A DNA stretch of 64,000 bases. Origin: Thermoanaerobaculia bacterium (lineage in GTDB: Bacteria; Acidobacteriota; Thermoanaerobaculia; Thermoanaerobaculales; Sulfomarinibacteraceae). Below are positions 18,406-26,455 of the stretch, in pieces. Location: NCBI GenBank assembly GCA_027061805.1, contig JAMOWA010000008.1, positions 86 through 64,085 of the forward strand, written 5' to 3'. Numbering within the stretch: the stretch's first letter is position 1; each line of letters opens with the position of its first letter. The notes below the pieces were generated by a model that did no database searches, was not told the DNA's origin, and saw only the letters and a list, made by a program, of their open reading frames with translations. A program made the position numbers and the translations under genes.

Positions 18406-18640
18406 GTGGTGGTGCTCGGGGACGACCACGCCTGGATCCTGTGCCGGCCAGGCTTTCCAGCCGGAGTCGCGGTGGACCCGGGGGAGGCAGGACCCGTGGT
18501 GGAGGTCCTGGGGCGCCTCGGCCTCGGTGCGGCCGGAATCCTGCTGACGCACCATCACGCGGACCACATCGTGGGGGCCGGCTCCGTGGCCGGGACCTTC
18601 CGGTGCCCGGTCCGTGGTCCGCCGGGCACAGCGATTGCAA
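18406..18640 (+). pseudogene. N-terminal remnant of hydroxyacylglutathione hydrolase (GloB, MBL fold), about 75 codons only
   Basis: VVVLGDDHAWIL..AVDPGEAGPVVEVLGRLGLGAAGILLTHHHADHIVG..CPVRGPPGT matches the first third of GloB, including THHHxDH. Similarity stops where the sigma54 promoter begins, and the remaining about 170 codons are absent. Confidence 0.6.
18624..18639 (+). promoter_or_regulatory. Candidate sigma54 (-24/-12) promoter P1
   Basis: GGGCACagcgaTTGCA: GG and GC at canonical spacing versus TGGCACG-N4-TTGCW. 25 bp upstream of ATG 18664. Confidence 0.55.
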
Positions 18641-18663
18641 GGAGCCGGACCGGGTGGTGCGAC

Positions 18664-18921
18664 ATGAAGCGATTTGCCAACAACGGCCGTTCCGGTGTTC
18701 CGACCTGCTCCTCGTGCCGGCACTTCTGTGACGATCCCCAGCGGTTGGAGAAGATGTTTGCGGGCATTCTGGTTCTCTCCTCCACCTACGGCTCCACGAG
18801 GGGAAGGGCCGGGGTCTGCGGCATCCACCAGAGGTTCCACGATCCCGAGCCGGCATGTTCCGATTTCGTACCACGAACCGGGTGTTTCCAGGAGGTGGCT
18901 CAGGATGTTACTGATCAGTAA
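18664..18921 (+). CDS. Small Cys-rich protein of unknown function (85 aa, six Cys)
   Basis: MKRFANNGRSGVPTCSSCRHFCDDPQRLEKMF...LSSTYGSTRGRAGVCGIHQRFHDPEPACSDF. First ORF after P1. In frame with the gloB remnant but unrelated to it. Confidence 0.5.
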   Translation: MKRFANNGRSGVPTCSSCRHFCDDPQRLEKMFAGILVLSSTYGSTRGRAGVCGIHQRFHDPEPACSDFVPRTGCFQEVAQDVTDQ

Positions 18922-18922
18922 C
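18907..18922. promoter_or_regulatory. GTTAC-N6-GTAAC palindrome (copy 1)
   Basis: GTTACtgatcaGTAAC. Overlaps the stop codon of the small Cys-rich ORF, 53 bp upstream of ATG 18975. Confidence 0.6.
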
Positions 18923-18974
18923 GTTGGGAACCCCGTGAAACCGTCCTTGTGCCCCGATTCACGAGGAGGACGCC

Positions 18975-21107
18975 ATGGCTGAACCCGCCGTGCGGCCGGT
19001 TTCGCCCGTCGAGTGGCACCCCCTGGGTCTTCCGGAGGGGCGGGAGCGCCCCGTGGAACGCCTCGCCCGGGAGATCCTCGAACGGTGCCGGGGTGAGGGT
19101 CCGGCCAACTGTGTCGCGCGCTGTCCGCTCCACGTGGACGCTCGGGGCTACGTCCAGCTGACGGCACAGGGGAAGTACCGGGAGGCCCTGCAGCTGGTCC
19201 GGGAGAGGCTGCCCTTTCCCGGCGTGCTGGGCTATGTCTGCGCCCATCCCTGTGAGGCCCACTGCAAGCGGATCGACGAGGACGAGCCTGTCAGGATCCG
19301 TGACATCAAGCGGTTTCTCGCCGAATGGGAGCCGGGCGAGCCGCAGCACCTCGTGGACTGCGAGCCCGACCGGGGACGCAGCGTGGCCGTGGTGGGGGCC
19401 GGTCCCGCCGGGCTCCTGGCGGCCCACGACCTCCGCCGGAGGGGATATGCGGTCACGGTGTTCGAACGGACCGACCGGATCGGTGGATGCCTCGTGTGGA
19501 AGATTCCGCCCTACCGTCTCCCCAGGAAGGTCGTGGAGCGGGACCTCTCGGTGATCGCGGCCCTGGGGATCCCCGTGGAGACGGGGGTCGAGGTGGGGGC
19601 AGACGTGGCGCTGGAGGAGCTCAGGGAACGCTTCGATGCGGTGCTCCTCCTGGTGGGGCGGGAGGGAGCCGTCCGGATCCTGTCCCACACCGACCCCGGA
19701 CTGGTGACGCCCGAGGGCCGTCTCCGCGTGGATCCCCTCACCTGTTCCACGGCGCTGGAGGGCGTGTTCGCGGGCGGTGACGCGGTGAGTGGCCCCGGGA
19801 CCGTGATCTCCGCGCTGGCGCTGGGCCGCAGGGCGGCCGGGTCCGCCATGAGGTTCCTCGAGGGGCGAGACCTCCAGGAGGATCGCGAGCCTCTGCTGCC
19901 CCCGAGACTGCTCTGGACGCTGGAGATCCCCGAGAGCGAACGGAAGCGCCGCCAGCGGACTCCGGTGATGCTCACGCCACCGCCACCTCCGCTCGACGAG
20001 GCTGCGGCGCGGGAGGAGGCGGAACGGTGCCTGGACTGCACCTGTGGCCTCTGCGTCCGGGACTGCGAGTTCCTCGAGGACCACTGCGACTCGCCGAAGG
20101 ACATCGCTCGGCGGGTGCTGGAGGATCCCGACGATCCCGGGGTGCTCAGGACCACCTATTCGTGCAACATCTGCTCGCTGTGCGCCGCGGTGTGTCCCGA
20201 GGGACTCGACACCGGGGCGCTCCTGCTGGAGGCCCGCCGGGAGGCCGTCCGCAGGGGCACGGGCCCCCTCCCGGTGCACAAGGGGATCGTGAGCTACTGG
20301 AAGGCCGGTGTGGGGAACACCTTCACCACCGTCATGCCGGAGCCCGGCCGCAGGACCAGCCGGCGGCTCTTCTTCACCGGGTGCGCGCTCCCCGCGGTCT
20401 CGCCGGCGAACACGCTCCGGATCTACGACGAGCTCAGGAAGCACTACCCGGGGACCGGCGTGATGATGTACTGCTGCGGGGCTCCGGTGGAGCTCCTGGG
20501 CATGGATGCGGAGTTCGACCGGACCCGCGAGGACATCCTCAGGCTTGCGGACCAGGTGGGTGCCGACGAGCTGGTGGCGGCATGCCCCGACTGTGCCCAC
20601 ACGCTGAAGGAGGCGGTCCCGGAGCTCACCATCACCACGGCATGGGAGCTGCTGGCTGGAAGGTGGCAGCCGCCGCGGCGCGAGGGTTCTCCGGCCGTCG
20701 CCATCCACGACTCGTGCAAGGCGCGGCACGCCCCGGAGATCACCAGCTCCGTCCGGAGGATCCTCCAGGACGGTGGCGCGGCCATCGAGGAGATCGAGTA
20801 CAACGGCGAGCTCGCGCGGTGCTGCGGCTTCGGCGGCATGATCTACCCGGTGGATCCCGAGCTCTCCCGGAGGGTCAGCCGCCGGAGGGCCGGGGAGACT
20901 CCCCTGCCCCAGGTGACCTACTGTGCGGGCTGCCGGATGGCCATCGCCGGGGTCGGGAAGCCGGCGGTCCACATCCTGGACTTCCTGATGAGCGATGACT
21001 GGGAGAAGGCGGCGGCGAAGAAGGCGCCGGGCTCCGTGACGCGGTATGCCAACCGTCTGAGAACCAAGTGGGCGTTCAGGCGGCTGAAGCCCCTCGCGAC
21101 GGACTGA
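18975..21107 (+). CDS. Fusion protein: GltD-like FAD oxidoreductase lacking the second (NAD(P)H) Rossmann domain + HdrC-like 2x[4Fe-4S] + HdrB/HdrD-like CCG domains
   Basis: N-terminus CVARCP..VCAHPCEAHC and VAVVGAGPAGL...GVFAGGDA. Centre CLDCTCGLCVRDC and CNICSLCAAVCP. C-terminus has CCG motifs MMYCCGAP and LARCCGFGG. Confidence 0.8.
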   Translation: MAEPAVRPVSPVEWHPLGLPEGRERPVERLAREILERCRGEGPANCVARCPLHVDARGYVQLTAQGKYREALQLVRERLPFPGVLGYVCAHPCEAHCKRIDEDEPVRIRDIKRFLAEWEPGEPQHLVDCEPDRGRSVAVVGAGPAGLLAAHDLRRRGYAVTVFERTDRIGGCLVWKIPPYRLPRKVVERDLSVIAALGIPVETGVEVGADVALEELRERFDAVLLLVGREGAVRILSHTDPGLVTPEGRLRVDPLTCSTALEGVFAGGDAVSGPGTVISALALGRRAAGSAMRFLEGRDLQEDREPLLPPRLLWTLEIPESERKRRQRTPVMLTPPPPPLDEAAAREEAERCLDCTCGLCVRDCEFLEDHCDSPKDIARRVLEDPDDPGVLRTTYSCNICSLCAAVCPEGLDTGALLLEARREAVRRGTGPLPVHKGIVSYWKAGVGNTFTTVMPEPGRRTSRRLFFTGCALPAVSPANTLRIYDELRKHYPGTGVMMYCCGAPVELLGMDAEFDRTREDILRLADQVGADELVAACPDCAHTLKEAVPELTITTAWELLAGRWQPPRREGSPAVAIHDSCKARHAPEITSSVRRILQDGGAAIEEIEYNGELARCCGFGGMIYPVDPELSRRVSRRRAGETPLPQVTYCAGCRMAIAGVGKPAVHILDFLMSDDWEKAAAKKAPGSVTRYANRLRTKWAFRRLKPLATD

Positions 21108-21118
21108 GGGAGGCGGGA

Positions 21119-23566
21119 ATGGGAGGTACGGTGACCATCACGGTGGACGGGCGGGAGGTGGAGGTGACACCGGGCAGGCTCCTGCTCGACGTCCTGAGGG
21201 AGCAGGGCATCCGGGTCCCGACACTCTGCCACGACGACCGCCTCAAACCCTACGGGGGATGCCGGCTCTGTGTGGTGGAGCGCAGGGACGGGCGTCCGGG
21301 GCTCGTGACGGCGTGCTCCACACCGGTCCAGCGGGGCATGATCATCGAGACATCGACCCCCGCCATCGACGAGGCGCGCCGACGCCAGCTCCAGCTGCTG
21401 GTGCTGGATCACCGCATGGAGTGCCCCACCTGCGAGCGGACGGGGGACTGCCGCTTCCAGGAGCTGATCTACGAGTACGGGATCCCGGAAGAACGCCTGC
21501 CCTTCGAGCGCCGGACCAGGCCGCGGGACGAGGGCTCCGCCGTGATCATCCGCGATCCGGAGAAGTGCATTCTCTGCGGCCGGTGCGTCCGGCTCTGCGA
21601 GGAGGTGCAGGGAGTGGCGGAGATCGGCATGGTGGGACGGGGCCTCGAGGCCCGGGTGGCCACGCTCCTCGACAGTCCGCTGGACTGCGAGTTCTGCGGC
21701 CAGTGCGTGAACGCCTGCCCCGTGGGGGCCCTGGTGGCCAGGCCCCACGCCACCGAGGTGCCCGCGTGGCTCCGCACGAGGGCCACCACCACCTGCTCCT
21801 TCTGCAGCTCGGGCTGCCAGGTGGAGGTGGAGACCTGGGATGGCCGGCTCCAGAACGTCACCGCCGACCCGGCGGCCGAGCCCAACCGGGGCAAGCTCTG
21901 CGCCAGGGGCTGGCTCGGATGGGACATCCTGGAACATCCCGAGAGGCTGACGACACCCCTGGTGCGCCGTGAAGGGCGCCTCGAGGAGGCCACCTGGGAG
22001 GAGGCGCTCGAGAGGGTCGCGGAGGCCCTCGGGGCGGCCCGTGACGGCGGCGGTGCGATCGCGGGCGTGGGGACGGCCCGCATGACCTGCGAGGACGCCG
22101 CCCTCTTCGGGCGGCTGCTGGCCGGGGAGCTGGGCGCCGCCACGGTGGAGGTGGGACCAACGGGTGGTGCGACGGCTCTGGCGGCCGGCATGGGGGCCGC
22201 CGTGGGTGCCGCGGCCTCCACCGCCACCTTCGAGGATCTTCGGGAGGCCGACCTGGTGCTGGTGCTGCGGGCCGACCCGGGCCGCACCCACCCCCTCGTC
22301 AAGACCGAGCTGGTCCAGGGGGCCGTCCAGAGGGGCCGTCCCTTCGTCCTGGCCCACTGTCTCTCGGGAGGTCTGGAGCGCCATGCGGCCGTTCACCTGT
22401 GCCTCCAGCCGGGGACCGACCACGTGCTTCTCCACGGAATGGCGCGTCTTGTGCTGGATCATCTCGACCGGACCCCCTCCGAGGGCACCGATGGCTTCGG
22501 GGCCTGGAGCGAGGCTCTCGGGGCCTACACACCCGATGTGATCGAACGGGTGACCGGGGTTGTCGAGGATGACCTCCGGGAGCTCGTGGACCGTCTTCTC
22601 GGGGCGGAACGCCCCCTGGTGGTGGTTCCCACCGGCCTCGGCATCCCCGGTGACGAGGCCCGGGTGGCCCGGGCCGCGGCGGAGCTCATGGGCCTGCTGG
22701 GCTGGAACGGAGCGCCCGGGGGCCGTGTGCTCGTGCTGGGGGAGAAGGCCAACCTGCAGGGCGTCCTGGCCTCCGGCCTGGGTCCCTCCCTCGGGGATGG
22801 GGAGCGCCGTCACCTCGAGGAGACCATGGCGGCGGCGGGCCTCGGACAGGTCCAGGTCCTCTACCTGGTGGGGGAGGACCCCGTGGGATCCTGGCCCCGG
22901 CGGTTCGCAGGGCGGGCCGCGGTCCGCGGAGCGCGTTTCGTGGTGGTGCAGGACGCCTTCGCCACGGCCACCACCCGCCTGGCGGACGTGGTGCTCCCCG
23001 TGGCGATCCTCGGGGAGCGCCGGGGGACGGTCGTGGGAGCGGACGGGGTCCCCAGGCGCCTCGAGAGGGTCCTGGAGCCGCCCGAGGGGCTGCCGCAGGA
23101 CGGCGAGCTCCTGGCCGCGCTGGCCGGGCGCCTGGGTGTGGATGTGGGGGACTGGCGGACCGCCGGGGCACCCGCGGCGACGGGGACCGATGCCCGCCCC
23201 GTGATCCGGTTCACACCGCCCGATCCGCCGGAGGAGATGCCACGCCACTCGGGCATGCTGCTGGACGCCTCCCCGCAACTGTTCCACTCGGGCCTGGTGA
23301 CGGCGTTCAGCGAGAGACTCCAGGAGCTGGCGCCCACCGTGGCCGCCCGCCTGGCGCCACGGGACGGACGGGAGGCCGGCATCTCCAACGGGGAGCAGGT
23401 CCGCGTGGCGGTGGACGGCAGGGAGCTCCTGCTCCGGGCCCGGTACGACCGGCGCGTCCGCCCCGGAACGGTGCTGGTGTCCTGGTCCGGTCTCGAAGAC
23501 GGTGCGGCCGGCGTCATGGACCACGATGCCGCTGCCACGCCTGCAGCCATCCGGAGGATGTCATGA
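21119..23566 (+). CDS. NuoG-like / HydA-FdhA-scaffold Fe-S subunit (2Fe-2S + 4Fe-4S clusters + degenerate molybdopterin-oxidoreductase fold)
   Basis: ATG 21119 (RBS GAGGGAGG). N-terminus ITVDGREV..CHDDRL..GGCRLC. Also HRMECPTCERTGDC, CILCGRCVRLC and CEFCGQCVNACP. Mo-domain cluster CSFCSSGC..KLCARG, but no recognisable Cys/Sec-His catalytic dyad. Confidence 0.8.
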   Translation: MGGTVTITVDGREVEVTPGRLLLDVLREQGIRVPTLCHDDRLKPYGGCRLCVVERRDGRPGLVTACSTPVQRGMIIETSTPAIDEARRRQLQLLVLDHRMECPTCERTGDCRFQELIYEYGIPEERLPFERRTRPRDEGSAVIIRDPEKCILCGRCVRLCEEVQGVAEIGMVGRGLEARVATLLDSPLDCEFCGQCVNACPVGALVARPHATEVPAWLRTRATTTCSFCSSGCQVEVETWDGRLQNVTADPAAEPNRGKLCARGWLGWDILEHPERLTTPLVRREGRLEEATWEEALERVAEALGAARDGGGAIAGVGTARMTCEDAALFGRLLAGELGAATVEVGPTGGATALAAGMGAAVGAAASTATFEDLREADLVLVLRADPGRTHPLVKTELVQGAVQRGRPFVLAHCLSGGLERHAAVHLCLQPGTDHVLLHGMARLVLDHLDRTPSEGTDGFGAWSEALGAYTPDVIERVTGVVEDDLRELVDRLLGAERPLVVVPTGLGIPGDEARVARAAAELMGLLGWNGAPGGRVLVLGEKANLQGVLASGLGPSLGDGERRHLEETMAAAGLGQVQVLYLVGEDPVGSWPRRFAGRAAVRGARFVVVQDAFATATTRLADVVLPVAILGERRGTVVGADGVPRRLERVLEPPEGLPQDGELLAALAGRLGVDVGDWRTAGAPAATGTDARPVIRFTPPDPPEEMPRHSGMLLDASPQLFHSGLVTAFSERLQELAPTVAARLAPRDGREAGISNGEQVRVAVDGRELLLRARYDRRVRPGTVLVSWSGLEDGAAGVMDHDAAATPAAIRRMS

Positions 23567-24174
23567 GCGAGCAGGTTCTGGAGCGGGCTCCGGCCCCGGC
23601 GGATCTCCCGGGCTTCTTCGGGGCCCACGAGCCGCTGCCCCGTGAGGATGTGGATCCGGCCATCTGGCCCTTCATCGACCGGTGGGTCGCGACCCATCGG
23701 GGTGGTCGGGAGCGCCTCATCCCGCTGCTTCACGCCATCCAGGAGCAGCTGGGATACCTGCCGTTCCCCGTCCAGGAGTACGTGGCGGAGAAGCTGGGCC
23801 TCTCGCCCATCCAGGTCTACGGGGTGGTGAGCTTCTACCACTTCTTCACCACCACGCCGCGGGGGAGGTACCAGCTCAAGGTGTGCATGGGAACGGCCTG
23901 CTTCGTCCGGCATGCCCAGAGCATCGTGGAGACCCTGAACGACGTGCTGGGGATCGGTGTGGGAGAGGTGACGGAGGACCGGATGTTCAGCCTGGAACAG
24001 GTGCGGTGCATCGGGGCCTGCGGCCTGGCACCCGCCATGATGGTCAACGACGAGGTGCACGGCAACCTGACGAGGAACGACGTGAGGCGGCTGGTCCGCC
24101 GCCTCCGGGCGAAGGAGCGCAAGGCGGCTGCGAAGGCTGCCGGGGAGGCCGACGGTGGCACGGACGAGCAGTGA
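23563..24174 (+). CDS. nuoE: NuoE/HydC-like thioredoxin-fold [2Fe-2S] subunit
   Basis: 203 aa. YQLKVCMGTACFVRH ... VRCIGACGLAPAMMVND, typical of the NuoE/HoxE/HydC family. Family-level call only. Confidence 0.85.
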   Translation: MSEQVLERAPAPADLPGFFGAHEPLPREDVDPAIWPFIDRWVATHRGGRERLIPLLHAIQEQLGYLPFPVQEYVAEKLGLSPIQVYGVVSFYHFFTTTPRGRYQLKVCMGTACFVRHAQSIVETLNDVLGIGVGEVTEDRMFSLEQVRCIGACGLAPAMMVNDEVHGNLTRNDVRRLVRRLRAKERKAAAKAAGEADGGTDEQ

Positions 24175-26065
24175 TCCGGCGGTGGCTCCGCGGCTGACAC
24201 CGGGGGACCTGGGACGGCTCCGGGAACGGATCCGGCCGGCGGTCCAGGAACGGCTGAGGTCGGAGCGCGGTGCCGTGCCCGCACGGCGGGAGGTGCTCGT
24301 CTGTGCCGGTGGGGCCTGTCTCTCCTGCCGGTCGGGGACGGTGGCCGAGGCCTTTGCCGCCGCCATCTGCGAGCGTGGCCTCGGCGAGCGGGTCCGCGTG
24401 GTGAACGTGGGGTGCATGGGCCTGTGCGAGGCGGGTCCCCTGGTGCTGGTCTCGCCGGACGGGGTCTACTACCCCAGGCTCGAGCCGGAGCAGGTGCCGC
24501 GCGTCGTCGAGGAGCACCTGGAGGGGAACACCCCCGTGGAGGAGCTGGAGCTGACATGGGAGGGGCCCGACGGGGAGGTCCTCCGGAGCCGGGACGTGCC
24601 CTTCTTCGCACGTCAGCTCAAGATCGCCCTGAGGAACTGCGGTGTCATCGATCCGGGGAGCCTGGAGGAGTACATCGCCATGGACGGCTACGCCGCGCTG
24701 GCGAGGGTGCTCCACGAGATGGAGCCGCAGGAGGTCCTGGACACGCTCAAGCGCTCGGGGCTCCGGGGCCGTGGCGGGGCCGGGTTCCCCGCCGGGCTGA
24801 AGTGGCAGTTCGTCCGCGACGCTCCCGGTGGCGTGAAGTACGTGGTGTGCAACGCCGACGAGGGGGACCCCGGCGCCTTCATGGACCGCAGCATCCTGGA
24901 GGGTGACCCGCACTCGGTCATCGAGGCCATGGCCATCGCGGGCCGCGTGGTGGGTTCGCGGAACGGCTACGTCTACGTGCGGGCCGAGTACCCCCTGGCC
25001 ATCGAGCGCCTGGAGAACGCGCTGGAGGCGGCCCGATCGGCCGGCCTGCTGGGCGAGGACATCCTGGGGTCGGGCTTCGGCTTCGACCTGGAGATCCGGA
25101 TCGGGGCGGGGGCGTTCGTCTGCGGGGAGGAGACGGCGCTGATGCACTCCATCGAGGGGCGCCGGGGCATGCCGAGGCCGCGCCCCCCGTTTCCGGCGCA
25201 GCAGGGGCTGTGGGGCAAGCCCACCCTGCTGAACAACGTGGAGACCTGGGCCAACGTCCCACCGATCCTCCTCCGGGGGGCCGAGTGGTACGCCGCCATC
25301 GGAACCCGCAGGAGCACGGGAACGAAGGTCTTCGCCCTGGCCGGAGACATCCGGAACACGGGGCTCGTCGAGGTCCCCATGGGCATCACCCTCAACGAGG
25401 TGGTGCACGAGATCGGCGGCGGAATCCGGACCGGCCTCCCGTTCAAGGCGGCCCAGAGCGGCGGACCGTCTGGGGGGTGCATCCCCTCGGACAGGGCCGA
25501 TGTCCCCATCGACTACGAGTCGCTCCAGGAGCTGGGCTCCATCATGGGTTCGGGCGGGCTGATCATCATGGACTCCACCACGTGCATGGTGGAGCTCTCG
25601 CGGTTCTTCCTGGACTTCCTGGTGGACGAGTCGTGCGGCAAGTGCCCACCCTGCCGGATCGGGACGCGGGTGATGCTGAACATCCTGGAGCGCATCACCC
25701 GGGGCGAGGCCTCGGAGGATGACCTGGATACCCTGGAGTCGCTGGGGCACCACATCCGGACCAGCTCGCTCTGCGGCCTGGGCCAGACGGCTCCCAACGC
25801 CGTGCTCTCCACGCTCACCCACTACCGGGAGGAGTACCTGGCCCACATCAGGGATGGGAAGTGCCCGGCCGGCAAGTGCAAGGCGCTGCTGACCTACACT
25901 ATCCTGGAAGAGGTGTGCAACGGCTGTGGTCTGTGCGCCAGGGCGTGCCCTGCGTCGGCGATCACGGGTGAGATCAAGCACGTCCACGTGATCGACCAGG
26001 ATCTCTGCATCCACTGCGGCGCGTGCCTCGGGGCCTGTCCCAGCGATGCCATCCTTGCGGAGTAG
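24155..26065 (+). CDS. nuoF: NuoF/HydB-like FMN/NADH-binding subunit with N-terminal [2Fe-2S] thioredoxin-like domain and C-terminal 2x[4Fe-4S] ferredoxin domain
   Basis: GLRGRGGAGFP, NADEGDPGAF, ESCGKCPPCR and SLCGLG core motifs. N-terminal VLVCAGGACLSC..VGCMGLCEAGP. C-terminal CNGCGLCARACP and CIHCGACLGACP. Exact start (GTG 24155) is uncertain. Confidence 0.85.
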   Translation: MARTSSDPAVAPRLTPGDLGRLRERIRPAVQERLRSERGAVPARREVLVCAGGACLSCRSGTVAEAFAAAICERGLGERVRVVNVGCMGLCEAGPLVLVSPDGVYYPRLEPEQVPRVVEEHLEGNTPVEELELTWEGPDGEVLRSRDVPFFARQLKIALRNCGVIDPGSLEEYIAMDGYAALARVLHEMEPQEVLDTLKRSGLRGRGGAGFPAGLKWQFVRDAPGGVKYVVCNADEGDPGAFMDRSILEGDPHSVIEAMAIAGRVVGSRNGYVYVRAEYPLAIERLENALEAARSAGLLGEDILGSGFGFDLEIRIGAGAFVCGEETALMHSIEGRRGMPRPRPPFPAQQGLWGKPTLLNNVETWANVPPILLRGAEWYAAIGTRRSTGTKVFALAGDIRNTGLVEVPMGITLNEVVHEIGGGIRTGLPFKAAQSGGPSGGCIPSDRADVPIDYESLQELGSIMGSGGLIIMDSTTCMVELSRFFLDFLVDESCGKCPPCRIGTRVMLNILERITRGEASEDDLDTLESLGHHIRTSSLCGLGQTAPNAVLSTLTHYREEYLAHIRDGKCPAGKCKALLTYTILEEVCNGCGLCARACPASAITGEIKHVHVIDQDLCIHCGACLGACPSDAILAE

Positions 26066-26074
26066 GGGGGGACC

Positions 26075-26455
26075 ATGGCGACCAAGACGATCCTGCTGGT
26101 GGACGACGACGAGATCTTCGTGGAGGCCGTCTCGGCGGTTCTCGAGGGACGGTACCGCGTGATCACGGCGGCAAACGGGACCGAGGGCCTGGCGAGGGTG
26201 CGGGAGGACCGTCCCGACCTCATCGTGCTCGACGTGATGATGGATCACCTCTCCGAGGGGTTCGACGTGGCGCGGAGCCTCAGGAACGACCCGGACCTGG
26301 CCGGGATTCCCATCATCATGCTGACGGGCGTGGACCAGGTGTACAACGTCCGCATGGAGGTGGACGAGTCCTGGGTGCCGTGCGAGAAGTATCTGGAGAA
26401 GCCCATCGCCCCCGATGAGCTCCTGGCGCACGTGGCCGAGCTGATCGGGGAGTGA
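26075..26455 (+). CDS. Stand-alone CheY-like receiver protein (no output domain)
   Basis: 126 aa. ILLVDDDE ... LIVLDVMM ... KP motifs. Confidence 0.85.
   Translation: MATKTILLVDDDEIFVEAVSAVLEGRYRVITAANGTEGLARVREDRPDLIVLDVMMDHLSEGFDVARSLRNDPDLAGIPIIMLTGVDQVYNVRMEVDESWVPCEKYLEKPIAPDELLAHVAELIGE

Noticed and set aside
18923-18974. A second sigma54 promoter expected between the 18907 palindrome and the GltD/Hdr fusion start
   Set aside because: No GG-N10-GC arrangement exists in these 52 bp. The palindrome here must act differently, for example on P1 from downstream or as an operator.
21119-23566. NuoG-like protein as a catalytic formate dehydrogenase alpha subunit
   Set aside because: The Mo-domain cluster motif is present. 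However, the region where FDHs carry the (Se)Cys-His dyad reads ..TVEVGPTGGATALAAGMG.. and the distal half is Ala/Gly/Leu-rich and degenerate. A non-catalytic scaffold is more likely. This still needs an HMM or structure check.
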